Positions 11,744-23,083 are shown, counted from the stretch's first letter. The stretch is DNA of 35,379 nt from Planctomycetia bacterium (GCA_046094945.1 JBJTIJ010000237.1:1-35379); one strand, 5' to 3'. Made by a program: numbers and translations. Notes: generated from the sequence alone by a model not told the origin.

Positions 11744-13057
11744 ATGGCTAGCACGCAGGTGGTCGAGGTGCGGGCGCGCGAGGTGCTCGACTCGCGTGGC
11801 AACCCCACGCTGGAGGCCGAGGTCAGGCTGGCCGCCGGCGCGCGCGGCCGGGCCATGGTGCCCAGCGGCGCCAGCACCGGCGCCCACGAGGCCCACGAGC
11901 TGCGCGACGGGGGCCCGCGCTTCCACGGCAAGGGCGTGCAGCAGGCCGTGGCGCATGCGCGCGGCGAGCTGGCACGTGCCGTGGCCGGCGTGGACGCGGC
12001 CGACAGCGCCGCGCTCGACGGCGCGTTGCGCCGCGCCGACGGCACCCCCACCTTGGGCCGGCTGGGCGCCAACGCCACGCTGGCCGTCTCGCTGGCCGCG
12101 GCGCACGCCGCCGCCGCCGGGCTGGGCGAGCCGCTCTACCGCTTCGTGGCGCGCCAGTTCGAGCGCGCCGGCGGCGGCCCCGCGGCCCTGCGCCTGCCCG
12201 TGCCGATGATGAACGTGCTCAACGGCGGCGCGCACGCCGACAACGGCCTGGCGGTGCAGGAGGTGATGATCGCCCCCACCGGCCTGCCCAGCTTCGCCGA
12301 GGCGCTGCGGGCCGGCGCCGAGGTCTACCAGGCCCTCAAGAAGGACCTGTCCAAGGCGGGCCTCTCCACCGCCGTGGGCGACGAGGGCGGCTTCGCCCCG
12401 CGCGTGGCCTCCTGCGAGGAGGCCATCGAGCGCGTCGAGCAGGCCATCCGCACGGCCGGCTACCGGCCCGGCACCGACATCCAGCTGGCGCTGGACGCGG
12501 CCGCCACCGAGTTCCACGCGCAGGGGCGCTACCACGTGGACGGCCAGTCGCTGGATGCCGCCGGGCTGGTGGACCTCTACGCAAGGTGGGCCAGCCGCCA
12601 CCCGATCTACTCGCTGGAAGACGGCCTGTCGGAAGACGACTGGTCCGGCTGGCGAGGCCTCACGCAGCGGCTCGCCGGGCAGGTGCAGCTCGTGGGCGAC
12701 GACCTCTTCGTGACCAACACCCAGCGACTGGAGCGCGGCCTGCGCGAGGGCGTGGGCACCTGCGTGCTCGTCAAGCCCAACCAGATCGGCACGCTCTCCG
12801 ACACGCTGGCCTGCGTGCGCACGGCCTACGCCGGCGGCTACGGGGCCATCCTCTCGCACCGCTCCGGCGAGACCGAGGACACCACGATCGCCGACCTGGC
12901 CGTGGCCCTGGGCACCGGGCAGATCAAGACGGGCGCACCGTGCCGCGGCGAGCGCACCGCCAAGTACAACCGCCTGCTGGCCATCGAGGCCGAGCTGGCC
13001 GAGCTGGGCGGTCGCCCGCCCGCCTTCGGGTTGAGGCCGCTGCGCCGTCCTGCATGA
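11744..13057 (+). CDS. eno: Enolase (phosphopyruvate hydratase, 437 aa)
   Basis: AREVLDSRGNPT, VPSGASTG, NVLNGGAH, GDEGGFAP, VGDDLFVTN, LVKPNQIG, SHRSGETED, QIKTGAPCRGER.AKYN. Confidence 0.98.
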   Translation: MASTQVVEVRAREVLDSRGNPTLEAEVRLAAGARGRAMVPSGASTGAHEAHELRDGGPRFHGKGVQQAVAHARGELARAVAGVDAADSAALDGALRRADGTPTLGRLGANATLAVSLAAAHAAAAGLGEPLYRFVARQFERAGGGPAALRLPVPMMNVLNGGAHADNGLAVQEVMIAPTGLPSFAEALRAGAEVYQALKKDLSKAGLSTAVGDEGGFAPRVASCEEAIERVEQAIRTAGYRPGTDIQLALDAAATEFHAQGRYHVDGQSLDAAGLVDLYARWASRHPIYSLEDGLSEDDWSGWRGLTQRLAGQVQLVGDDLFVTNTQRLERGLREGVGTCVLVKPNQIGTLSDTLACVRTAYAGGYGAILSHRSGETEDTTIADLAVALGTGQIKTGAPCRGERTAKYNRLLAIEAELAELGGRPPAFGLRPLRRPA

Positions 13058-13443
13058 GCCTGCCCGTCCTCCTGCCGCCCGAGCCGCCGCCGCCCCCCAC
13101 CCTGCCGCCGCTGGTGGCCTGGGTGGCCGTGGCCGGGCTGGCGGTGGCGCTGCTGGGCACGCTGCCCTCGACGCTGGAGCGGCGCCGCCTCGACGGGGTG
13201 CACGCGAGCCTCAAGAGGGCCATCGTGCGCCAGGAGGCCGAGCTCGAGCGCTGGGAGCGCATGCGCCGCGAGGCCGGGCAGCCCTCCTACCTGCGCGAGC
13301 GGGCGCTGCGCGACCTGCTGGCAGCGGGGCGCCCGCCTGCGCCGGCGGCCGCCCGGCCGGCGGTGGCCGCCCGCGCCGCCGCCCCGGCCGCAGCCGGGCC
13401 CGCCCGGGCCCTGCCCGCGCCGGCGGCCCGCCCCGCGCGCTGA
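13054..13443 (+). CDS. Small bitopic membrane protein, FtsB/DivIC (septum formation initiator)-like (129 aa)
   Basis: ATGA overlap with eno stop; one TM helix (LVAWVAVAGLAVALLGTL), heptad coiled coil, then PSYLRERALRDLL resembling the FtsB E..AR..L motif; Ala/Pro tail. Confidence 0.6.
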   Translation: MSLPVLLPPEPPPPPTLPPLVAWVAVAGLAVALLGTLPSTLERRRLDGVHASLKRAIVRQEAELERWERMRREAGQPSYLRERALRDLLAAGRPPAPAAARPAVAARAAAPAAAGPARALPAPAARPAR

Positions 13444-13488
13444 GCCGGCGCCCGCCCGCGCGGGCTGCACGCGTGCGATGATCGGGGC

Positions 13489-15798
13489 GTGGCCCGCTCC
13501 CGTCCCACGCTCGCCGCCGGCCTGTGCCTCTGCGCCCTGGCGCTGCTGCTGCCGGGCACGGCGCCGCGCCTGCTGGCCGATGCCGGCGAGGGCCCCTCGC
13601 GCGGGGCGGCGCCGATGGACAATCCCTCGCACGTGCACGACGACGACCCGTTCGTGCGCGAGGCCTTCGAGCGCGCCGCGCAGGCCGAGGCCGAGGGCCG
13701 CGCCGACGAGGCGGCCGAGCGCCTGCAGTCCGTGGTCGACCAGCGCTTCGCCGATGCGGCCCAGCGCGAGTGCGTGCCCTTCGTGGTGGCCGTCGACGGC
13801 CGCGCCACCTACGAGGGCGCCTGGCTCGTGGCGCGCCACCGGCTGGCGGGCGGCTCGCCGGCGCTGCGCGCCGCCCACGAGCGCCGCTTCGGCGGGCCGG
13901 CGCGCGAGCTGCTGGCCCGCGCGGTGACGGCGCTGGACCGCGACCTGCTCGCCGAGGTGGCGCGTCGCTTCCTGCCGCTGGACGAGGGGCGTGCCGCCGC
14001 GCTGGCGCTGGCCGACCTCGCGCTGGAGCAAGGCGACCCCGACACCGCCTTCGCCCGGCTGGAGGCGCTCGAGGACCTCGAGGAGGTGGCCGCGGCCGAC
14101 GACACGGCGCGTGTCGAGCGCTGGCGCGCGGCGCGCATCGCGCGCGAGGCCCGCGCGCTGGCACGCACGCCCTCCGACGTGCCGGAGGTGGCGCGCCACC
14201 TGCTGGAGGCCGCGCGCCAGGGACCGGGCGCCGCGGCGCGCCACGACGCGGTGCCCGAGGCGCTGCGCCGCCTGCCGCAGCGGCCCAGCACGTGGCCCAC
14301 CACGGGCGGGACGCCCGCACGCGACGGCGCAGCACCCGCCCTGCCCGGCCGGCTGCGGCCGGCCGCCTCGGCTGCCCTGCAGCCCGACGCCGAGGAGCGC
14401 GCGCTGGCGCGCGAGGCCGAGGCGGCGCGTCCCGACCGGCCCAGCCCGTGGGTGACGCCGCGCGTGGTGGTCGGGCGCGACACGGTGTTCTGCTTCGACG
14501 GCGAGCTGCTCAGCGCCTACGGGCGCGCCGACGGCCGGCTCAAGCACCGCGTGCGCGTGCGCGGCGAGGGCGAGGCGCGGCCCGCCCTGGGGCAGGACCC
14601 GCGCGAGGAGCTGCCGCTGCTGGAGGGCCACGCGCTCACGCTCGACGAGGTGCCGGGCCGCCCGGCGCGCATCTACCTCGCCAGCGCCACGCGTACCCTG
14701 CGCGCGCTGCGCCGCGAGGCCTCGGCCTTCGGCGACAGCGGCGCGGCCGAGCCGCCGTGGGGCGAGCTGCTGATGGTGCGCTGGGACGGCGAGCGGCTGC
14801 TCAAGGGCTGGCGCGCCACCGGCTTTGGCAGCGCGCCGCGCCTGCCGCAGGCGCTGGCGGTCTTCGGCGCACCCTGCCTGCACATGGGCCTGCTGTGGAT
14901 CGCGGGCGTGCGTCCCAGCCAGGCCACCAGCGACGAGGTGGAGTGCTGGCTGGTGGGCCTGGACCCGGCCACCGGCGAGCCGCTGCGCCTCGTGCGGCTG
15001 GGCAGCGGCAGCCCCTGGCGCCTCAAGCGCCTCGACGAGGCCATCCCCTCCTCGCCCGCCGCCGCCCACGGGCGCGTGGTGGTGGCCACCTCGCTGGGCT
15101 GGGTGGCCGCGGTGGACGCCGAGGACGGGCGCGTGGCGTGGGTCCAGCGCTACGACCGCACGCGCGAGGTGGGCCGGCTCACGCGCCTCAACGCCATGGA
15201 GGCCGACCTCACGCCGCGCCTGACCGGCTTCGCCAACGAGCCGCCGCTGGTGGCCTTCGGGCTCACCGTGGTGGCCCCCACCGACAGCCACCAGCTGCTG
15301 GGGCTGGGCACGCGCCCGCGCGGGGCGGGCCGCCACCTCGTGCGCTGGGACCCGCGCGACCGGCGCAACCACTTCGACCGCATGGCCGTGGAGGCGCTCG
15401 TGGGCGCCTGCGGCGGCGACGGCAAGGTGCCGCCCACCATCGTGGTGACGGGCAAGGGCGACGCCGGCGAGGGCGAGCCGCCCGGGCGCGTGGTGGCCGG
15501 CCTCGACCCCGCCAGCGGCGCCACGCGCTGGAGCATCGCCCCGGCCACCGGCCACCAGCCCAGCACGTGGGGCCGCGCCGCGCTCTCGGCCAGCCACGCG
15601 TGGGTGCCCACGCTCCACGGCCTGCTGGCCGTGGACCTCGAGCGCGGGCGCGCGGTCGAGCTGCTGGGCCGCGGCCTGCTGCCCCCGGGGCAGGCCGAGC
15701 CCGAGGCACGCTGGTACGGCTCGCTGGTGCCGCTGCCGGGCGAGGGCCTGGTGGCCGTCCACGAGGGCCACATCACCTTCTGGCGCGTGGAGCGCTAG
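13489..15798 (+). CDS. Exported TPR-like + PQQ/BamB-like beta-propeller protein (769 aa)
   Basis: GTG start; signal peptide (TLAAGLCLCALALLL...LLA); N-terminal helical pairs (EVARRFLP..EGRAAALALADLALEQGD); propeller blades GLDPATGE, AVDAEDGRVAW, GLDPASGATRW, AVDLERG. Confidence 0.8.
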   Translation: MARSRPTLAAGLCLCALALLLPGTAPRLLADAGEGPSRGAAPMDNPSHVHDDDPFVREAFERAAQAEAEGRADEAAERLQSVVDQRFADAAQRECVPFVVAVDGRATYEGAWLVARHRLAGGSPALRAAHERRFGGPARELLARAVTALDRDLLAEVARRFLPLDEGRAAALALADLALEQGDPDTAFARLEALEDLEEVAAADDTARVERWRAARIAREARALARTPSDVPEVARHLLEAARQGPGAAARHDAVPEALRRLPQRPSTWPTTGGTPARDGAAPALPGRLRPAASAALQPDAEERALAREAEAARPDRPSPWVTPRVVVGRDTVFCFDGELLSAYGRADGRLKHRVRVRGEGEARPALGQDPREELPLLEGHALTLDEVPGRPARIYLASATRTLRALRREASAFGDSGAAEPPWGELLMVRWDGERLLKGWRATGFGSAPRLPQALAVFGAPCLHMGLLWIAGVRPSQATSDEVECWLVGLDPATGEPLRLVRLGSGSPWRLKRLDEAIPSSPAAAHGRVVVATSLGWVAAVDAEDGRVAWVQRYDRTREVGRLTRLNAMEADLTPRLTGFANEPPLVAFGLTVVAPTDSHQLLGLGTRPRGAGRHLVRWDPRDRRNHFDRMAVEALVGACGGDGKVPPTIVVTGKGDAGEGEPPGRVVAGLDPASGATRWSIAPATGHQPSTWGRAALSASHAWVPTLHGLLAVDLERGRAVELLGRGLLPPGQAEPEARWYGSLVPLPGEGLVAVHEGHITFWRVER

Positions 15799-15909
15799 GC
15801 GGGCGGGCGCCACGCCCGTGGGCACCTCGTGCTCGCGCCCCGCTGCGTGGTCTAATGCGCCCCCCGGACGGGCGCCTGCCCGCCGGGCCCTCCCGGAGCC
15901 CCGCGGCCC

Positions 15910-16977
<1,068 letters not shown>

Positions 16978-17872
16978 CCCGCTCGACCCCGAGGTCCTCG
17001 AAAGGCTCTCGGGGCTGGAGCTCAAGGCACGCGCCATCGTCGAGGGCACCATCTCGGGCCTGCACCGCAGCCCGTTCCGCGGCTTCTCCGTGGAGTTCGC
17101 CGAGCACCGCGAGTACGTGCCCGGCGACGACATCCGCTTCCTGGACTGGAAGGTGTTCGGCAAGACCGACCGCCTCTACCTCAAGCGCTACGAGGAGGAG
17201 ACCAACCTCGAGGCCACGCTGCTGGTGGACACCAGCGCCTCGATGGGCTACTCCAGCGCCGAGGGCGGCGGCGTGAGCAAGCTGGCCTACGCGCGGCTGG
17301 GCGCCGCGGCGCTGGCCTACCTCATCACCCAGCAGCAGGACGCCGCCGGCCTGGTGCTTTTCGACAGCGAGCTGCGCGCGCAGCTCCCGGCGCGCACCGG
17401 GCCCGCCCACGTGCGCGAGCTCTTCGGCCGGCTGGAGGCCGCGCGCCCCGAGGGCACCACGGGGGTGGGCCGGGCGCTGCTGGAGGCCGGCGAGGCCGTG
17501 CGCCGCCGTGGCGTGGTGGTGCTGTTCAGCGACCTGCTCGACGACCCGCGCGAGGTGCTGCGCGGCCTGCGCCACCTGCGCCAGCGCGGCCACGACGTGC
17601 TGCTCTTCCACGTGCTGGCCCACGACGAGGTGGCCTTCCCCTTCACGCGCATGACGCGCTTCGAGGGCCTGGAGGACGCCGGCCGGCTGGTGGCCGACCC
17701 GGTCTCGCTGCGCGCCGCCTACCTGGCCGAGCTGGACGGCTTCCGGCACATGCTGCGCCGGGCCTGCCACGCCAACCGCATCGACCTCGTCGAGCTCGAC
17801 ACCTCGCAGCAGCTCTCCGTGGTGCTGGCCGCCTACCTCGCCCAGCGCGCCGCGCGGCGCAAGGCCTAGCGC

Positions 17873-20272
17873 ATGCTCCTGGCCCCGCTTGCCTACCTGT
17901 GGAACGGCTGGGGCCTCGTGGCCCTGGGCGGCGCCCTCACGGCCGTCCCCATCGTCATCCACCTGCTCAACCGCCGCCGCGTCAAGGTGGTGCCGTGGGC
18001 GGCGATGGCCTTCCTGCAGGCCGCGCTCAAGCGCAACCGCCGCCGCCTGCAGCTGGAGAACTGGCTGGTGCTGGCGCTGCGCGTGCTGGCCGTGGCCCTG
18101 CTGGGCCTGGCGCTGGCACGGCCCGTGGTGACCGACAGCGCGCTGGCCGGCCTGGCCGGGCAGCGGCGCAGCCTCTACCTGCTGCTGGACACCAGCGGCA
18201 GCATGGGCGCGCGCCGCGAGGCACGCTCGGTGCTCGACGCGCTCAAGGCCGAGGCGGCACAGGCCCTCGAGGGCCTGGACGGGCAAGACCCCTTCTGCGT
18301 CGTGCTCACCAACGACCCGCGCGTGGAGGCCTCCGCGGGCCGCGCACCGGCCGTGCTCGTGCCACGCACCAGCGGCAGCAGCGCGCTGGCGCGCGCCAAG
18401 GAGGCGGTCGCGGCGCTGGCCCCGCGCGAGGCCCCCGCCGCCTGGGCCGAGGCCTGGCAGCTGCTGGGCGAGCAGTTCGTCAACGAGGACGCCGGCCGGC
18501 AGGTGGTGGTGATCACCGACCTCACGGCCCGCGACCACGCGCTGGGCGCGGCGCTCGACCGCACGGGCGAGGCGCTGCGCGCCCTCGTGCGCCGCGGCGC
18601 GCGCGTCACCTACGTGGACGTGGGCGGCGAGCCGCAGGGCCGGCGCAACCTCGCCGTCAGCGCCGTCGAGCTGCGCGGCGACCGGCCGGCCTTCCCGGGC
18701 CGCGGCCTCTCGCTGGGCGTGCGCGTGGCCAACCACGGCGCCGACGAGGTGCGCGGCGCGCTGGTGACGGTGATCGTGGAAGACGAGCGCGGCGAGGCCT
18801 GGCGCAAGCGCCGCGTGGCCCCGCCGCTGCCCCCGGCCGACCCGCTCACCGGCGCGCCCGGCGTGGCCGTGGTGGACGTGGACGCGCCCGCCGGCACCTT
18901 CCGCATGCCCGGCGGCTTCCACGTGCGCGCCACCATCGACCCGCCGGCGGCGCAGCCCGACGCCGATGCGCTGGCGCTGGACAGCACGCGCTGGGCAGCG
19001 CTGGACGTGCGCGACCGCGTGCGCGTGCTGGCCTGGACCCGCGCCAGCCAGGGCGCGCGCCAGCCGCCGCTGGCCCTGCTGCGGCCCATCTTCGACCCGC
19101 TGCCGCCCGAGGGCACGGGGGGCGCTCCCGCCGCCCCGCCGGCCTTCGAGTTCACGCACGCCGACGGCGAGGCCCCCTTCGCCGCACGGCTGGCTGCGCC
19201 GGGGGCGCGCCCGGACCTCGTCGTGCTGGCCAACACGGCACCGCGCACGGCCAGCACGCTGGCCGCCCTGCGCCAGCACGTGCTCGACGGCGGCGCCCTG
19301 CTGGTGTTCGTGGGCGATGCCATCGACCCGGCCATGTGGGCCGAGGCCGCGGGCAGCGCCGACGGCGAGGCGCCGCTGCTGCCGGTGGCCCTCGAGGCCT
19401 CCAGCGTGCCGGCGCGCAACGCCGGCGACCCCGCGCCCTTCCGGCTCGACCTGGCCACGCCCAGCGACGAGCCCTGGGCCCGCGCCTTCAGCGGCCCCGA
19501 GGTGGCGCTGTGGCTGGGCCGCTTCCCGCCCGACATGCTGGGCCGCATGCCGCTGGGCGAGCCGCCGGCGGCCAGCGATGCCGCCGGCAGCACGCGCCCG
19601 GCGCGCGTCGTGCTGCGCTGGGCCGAGGGCCGCGGGCCGGCGATGGTCGAGGGCCGGCTGGGCCTGGGCCGCACGCTGTGGGTGGGCACCAGCCTCGACG
19701 AGGGCTGGCTGCGGCTGGGCGTGCCCTTCTTCCTGCCGGTGTTCCTCGACGAGGCGGCCTTCCACCTCGTGCAGGGCGAGTCCACGGCGCGCTCCCTGCT
19801 GGTGGGCGACCGGCTCGAGGCCGTGCTGCCGCGCGGCTCCGAGGGCGAGCGGCTGGCGGCCCCCGGCGGGCGCGAGCCCACGCTGCGCCTGCTGCAGCCC
19901 GAGAGCGCCACGCAGCGCCGGCGCGTGGCCTGCGACCTGGCCGGCTCGGTGGGCGCCTGGAAGCTCAGCGCACGTGTCGCGGGAAGCCCTGCCTTCACCG
20001 CCTGGCACGCGGTGAACGTCGATCCCGACGAGGGCTCGCTGCTGCGCGCCGACGCGCAGGCGCTGGTGGCCAGCGCCGGCCCCGAGGCGCCCGTCGAGGT
20101 CGTGACCACGCTGCGCGCCATGGCCAGCACCACGCAGCAGGTGCGCGAGGGCGAGCTGGCGCGCATGCTGCTGGCCATCGTGCTGGGCCTGCTGCTGGCC
20201 GAGTCGCTGCTGGCGCACCTGCTGGGCCGGCGCGCGCGCGAGGCCGGGGCCCAGCCGGGGACGGCGGCATGA
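17873..20272 (+). CDS. BatA-type double-TM / vWA / Ig-like / GATase-like membrane protein (799 aa)
   Basis: PIVIHLLNRRR..VPWAAMAFL...ENWLVLALR..ALARP (BatA N-terminal motif), LLLDTSGSM MIDAS, VITD, RNLAV..V, VANHG, DLVVLAN..L..HV..GGALLVF, GLGRTLW; C-terminal TM LLLAESLL. Confidence 0.88.
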   Translation: MLLAPLAYLWNGWGLVALGGALTAVPIVIHLLNRRRVKVVPWAAMAFLQAALKRNRRRLQLENWLVLALRVLAVALLGLALARPVVTDSALAGLAGQRRSLYLLLDTSGSMGARREARSVLDALKAEAAQALEGLDGQDPFCVVLTNDPRVEASAGRAPAVLVPRTSGSSALARAKEAVAALAPREAPAAWAEAWQLLGEQFVNEDAGRQVVVITDLTARDHALGAALDRTGEALRALVRRGARVTYVDVGGEPQGRRNLAVSAVELRGDRPAFPGRGLSLGVRVANHGADEVRGALVTVIVEDERGEAWRKRRVAPPLPPADPLTGAPGVAVVDVDAPAGTFRMPGGFHVRATIDPPAAQPDADALALDSTRWAALDVRDRVRVLAWTRASQGARQPPLALLRPIFDPLPPEGTGGAPAAPPAFEFTHADGEAPFAARLAAPGARPDLVVLANTAPRTASTLAALRQHVLDGGALLVFVGDAIDPAMWAEAAGSADGEAPLLPVALEASSVPARNAGDPAPFRLDLATPSDEPWARAFSGPEVALWLGRFPPDMLGRMPLGEPPAASDAAGSTRPARVVLRWAEGRGPAMVEGRLGLGRTLWVGTSLDEGWLRLGVPFFLPVFLDEAAFHLVQGESTARSLLVGDRLEAVLPRGSEGERLAAPGGREPTLRLLQPESATQRRRVACDLAGSVGAWKLSARVAGSPAFTAWHAVNVDPDEGSLLRADAQALVASAGPEAPVEVVTTLRAMASTTQQVREGELARMLLAIVLGLLLAESLLAHLLGRRAREAGAQPGTAA

Positions 20273-23019
20273 GCGGCGCCGCGCTCCCCTTCCTGCCCGG
20301 CCCGCTGGCCGAGGTGCGCGTCGAGGCCGGCGAGTGGCGCTGGAGCAGCCTGCCCCCGGCGTGGGTGCTGGTGCTGGTGGTGCTGGCCGTGGGCCTGCTG
20401 GCGCGCTGGCTCTACCAGCGCGAGCGCGGCACCACGGGCAAGGCGCCGCGCGTGGTGCTGGGCGGCCTGCGCGCGCTGGCCCTGCTGCTGGTGCTGCTGG
20501 CCATGGCCGGGCCCTACCGCGAGGAGGTGCGCACCAGCGAGGAGAAGAGCCACCTCGTGGTGCTGCTGGACACCAGCGCCTCGATGGCCAACGAGGACCT
20601 CTACGCCCCCGAGGAGGAGCAGCGCCTGCTCGCCGCCGGCTGGCCCGAGGGCAGCGGCGAGGCGCGCCCTGCGCGCCTGGCCGGCAGCGAGGGCGCCACG
20701 CGGCTGGGCCTGGCGCGGCGCGTGCTGGCCGCGCGCGATGGGGCCGTGCTGCGCCGGCTGGCCGAGCGCTTCGTGCTGCACGTCTTCGCCTTCGACGAGG
20801 ACTGGCGCTCGCTGGGCAGCACGGCCGAGCCCGCGGGCGAGCGCGCGCCCGGGGCCGCCGAGGCGGCCGCCGACCCGATGGCCGGCATCCTGGCCGCCCT
20901 GCGCGCGCAGGCGCCCAGCGGCCCGCGCACGCGCATCGGCGTGGCCCTGCGCAACGTGGCCACGCAGTTCCTGGGCCGCGCCGACCAGCGGCTGGCCGGC
21001 GTCGTGCTCATCAGCGACGGGCAGGACACGGGCGAGGGCGACACGCCGCTGGAGGTCGTGACCGCCCTGCCCGGCGCCGACCAGCTCTCGGTCTACGCCG
21101 TGGGCCTGGGCAATCCCGACAGCGACAAGAACCTGCGCGTGGAGCCGGTGCGCGCCAAGGACGTGGTGATGGTGCGCGACCAGGTGCTGTTCGAGGCCGA
21201 CCTGCGCCACAAGGGCCTCACGGGCGTGGGCCCGGTGGGCGCGCGCCTGGAGGTCGAGCAGGTGGCCGACGCCGAGGGCCGGCCCATGGCGCCGCGGCGC
21301 GTCGAGCTGGCCGAGGACAGCCGCACGCGCGCCACGGCGGAGGTGGCGGCCCTGCCCGCCGAGGACCAGCCGGCCCCGGTGCGCCTGCGCGCGCCCTTCG
21401 ACGAGCCGGGCACCTACCGCGTGACCGTGCGCGCCAGCCTGCCGCCGGGCCGCGAGCGCGAGGACGCCATCCTCGACGACAACGCCGCCACGCACGAGCT
21501 GCGCGTGGTGGACACCAGCATCCGCGTGCTGTACGTCGACCGCGACGCGCGCTGGGAGCTGCGCTTCCTGGGCACCTACCTCACGCGCGAGGCCCCCACC
21601 CGCACCGGCTCGGCCGGTGGCGGCCTGCGCAACCGCTTCCTCACCCACGTGCTGCAGCAGACCGCCGACCCCACGGTGCAGATGCCGCACACCCCGGGGC
21701 CCGACATCTTCAAGCGCCCGCTGCGCGAGTTCCCCAGCACGCGCGAGGCGCTCTTCGCCTACGACGTGCTGCTGCTGGGCGACGTGGACCTCAACGCGCT
21801 GGCCGGCGGCCAGGCCGCACGCAAGCAGGAGGTGCTGGCGCTGGTGCGCTCCTTCGTCGAGGAGGGCGGCGGCATCGCCCTGCAGGCGGGCAGCGAGATG
21901 AACACGCCGCTGGCCATGCTGGGCACGCCGCTGGCCGACCTGCTGCCGCTGTCGGTGACGGAGGCCGACCGCAAGGCCACCGACGCGCTCGACACCACGC
22001 GCGAGTTCCGCCTGCGCCTGACCGAGGCCGGCCGCCAGCACCCAGCCTTCAACATCCTGCCGCCCGGGCGCGACGGCGAGCAGCAGGGCCCCGAGCGCGT
22101 GGCCAGCATCTGGGCCTACGAGGACCCGCAGGTGGACATCTCGCGCCGCTGGGCGTGGTACTGGGGCTACCGCTGCATGGGCGGCCTGCGGCCCGGCGCG
22201 GTGGCGCTGGCCACCGCCTTCCGGCCCGGGCAGCCCGACGCGCGCGACGTGCTCGACGGCCGCGACGAGCCCATGGTGGTGGCCGCCACCAAGTCATTCG
22301 GCAAGGGCCGCGTGTTCTGGCTGGGCCTGGACGACATGTGGCGCATCCGCCACGGCCACGGCGACACCTACTACGGGGCCTTCTGGGAGCAGGTGGTGCG
22401 CGACCTGGCCACCTACCGGCTGCTGGGCGGCAACAAGCGCTTCAAGATCTTCCCGCGCGACGAGGAGGTGGCCGTGGGCGAGACGGCCGAGATCCTCATC
22501 ACGGCCCTCGACGAGCGCTACCGGCCGCTGGACACGCCGTGGCTGGACGGCGTGCACGTCGAGCTGCCCGACACGGGCGTGCCCGGCAGCGGCGGGCGCA
22601 TCGACCTGGAGGGCGAGAGCCGCCCCGAGCGCAACACCGAGGCCGACGCCGCGCCGGGCGAGTACCGCTTCCGCATCCCGGTGACGCGGCCCGGCAGCTA
22701 CCTCGTGTGGATCGAGCAGCGCGGCGACGTGCGCGACGGGGGCGAGCGCGCCGAGCGGCGCTTCCGCGGCGTGGCGCGCTCGCGCGAGGATGCGCTGCGC
22801 CTGCCCAACCACCAGGCGCTGGCCGCGCTGGCCGCCGAGACGCGCGGGCAGGTGGTGCGGCTCTCGGCCCTCGGCGAGCTCAGCCCGCCGGCCCAGACCG
22901 TCACGCGCGTGCTCAACCGCACGCGCAAGGACCAGTGGGACAAGGCCTGGGTGCTGTGGCTGCTGGTGGGCGTGCTGGGCCTGGAGTGGGCCCTGCGCAA
23001 GCGCTTCCAGATGATCTGA
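20269..23019 (+). CDS. Double-TM / vWA / Ig-like / GATase-like membrane protein (916 aa)
   Basis: ATG at 20269 in ATGA overlap; two N-terminal TMs; VVLLDTSASM, TRIG.AL, VVLISDG, VYAVGLG; RVLYVD..RWELRFL, YDVLLLGDV, FVEEGGG, FGKGRV; C-terminal TM LEWALRKR. Confidence 0.88.
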   Translation: MSGAALPFLPGPLAEVRVEAGEWRWSSLPPAWVLVLVVLAVGLLARWLYQRERGTTGKAPRVVLGGLRALALLLVLLAMAGPYREEVRTSEEKSHLVVLLDTSASMANEDLYAPEEEQRLLAAGWPEGSGEARPARLAGSEGATRLGLARRVLAARDGAVLRRLAERFVLHVFAFDEDWRSLGSTAEPAGERAPGAAEAAADPMAGILAALRAQAPSGPRTRIGVALRNVATQFLGRADQRLAGVVLISDGQDTGEGDTPLEVVTALPGADQLSVYAVGLGNPDSDKNLRVEPVRAKDVVMVRDQVLFEADLRHKGLTGVGPVGARLEVEQVADAEGRPMAPRRVELAEDSRTRATAEVAALPAEDQPAPVRLRAPFDEPGTYRVTVRASLPPGREREDAILDDNAATHELRVVDTSIRVLYVDRDARWELRFLGTYLTREAPTRTGSAGGGLRNRFLTHVLQQTADPTVQMPHTPGPDIFKRPLREFPSTREALFAYDVLLLGDVDLNALAGGQAARKQEVLALVRSFVEEGGGIALQAGSEMNTPLAMLGTPLADLLPLSVTEADRKATDALDTTREFRLRLTEAGRQHPAFNILPPGRDGEQQGPERVASIWAYEDPQVDISRRWAWYWGYRCMGGLRPGAVALATAFRPGQPDARDVLDGRDEPMVVAATKSFGKGRVFWLGLDDMWRIRHGHGDTYYGAFWEQVVRDLATYRLLGGNKRFKIFPRDEEVAVGETAEILITALDERYRPLDTPWLDGVHVELPDTGVPGSGGRIDLEGESRPERNTEADAAPGEYRFRIPVTRPGSYLVWIEQRGDVRDGGERAERRFRGVARSREDALRLPNHQALAALAAETRGQVVRLSALGELSPPAQTVTRVLNRTRKDQWDKAWVLWLLVGVLGLEWALRKRFQMI

Positions 23020-23070
23020 GCGCCGCCTCGGGGGCCGGGGCGCGCCGCTGGGGCACGCCCGGCGGCCGGG

Positions 23071-23076
23071 TAGAGT
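23071..23076 (+). promoter_or_regulatory. Putative -10 element (TAGAGT), leaderless geometry
   Basis: TANNNT 7 nt upstream of ATG 23084, no SD. Confidence 0.5.
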
Positions 23077-23083
23077 CCGGGCC

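Noticed and set aside
13454-13476. Adjacent perfect palindromes GCCCGCGCGGGC and GCACGCGTGC upstream of gene 13489
   Set aside because: Short GC-rich palindromes are expected by chance at this composition, and I saw no second copy at another promoter.
15848-15856. TG-g-TCTAAT as extended -10 for moxR
   Set aside because: Lacks the strongly conserved A at the second position of the hexamer; too weak to list as a feature.
17226-20587. Identical 21-mer TGGACACCAGCGCCTCGATGG at 17226-17246 and 20567-20587
   Set aside because: Both encode the MIDAS motif DTSASM using preferred codons; explained by protein conservation and codon bias, not by a mobile or recombination site.
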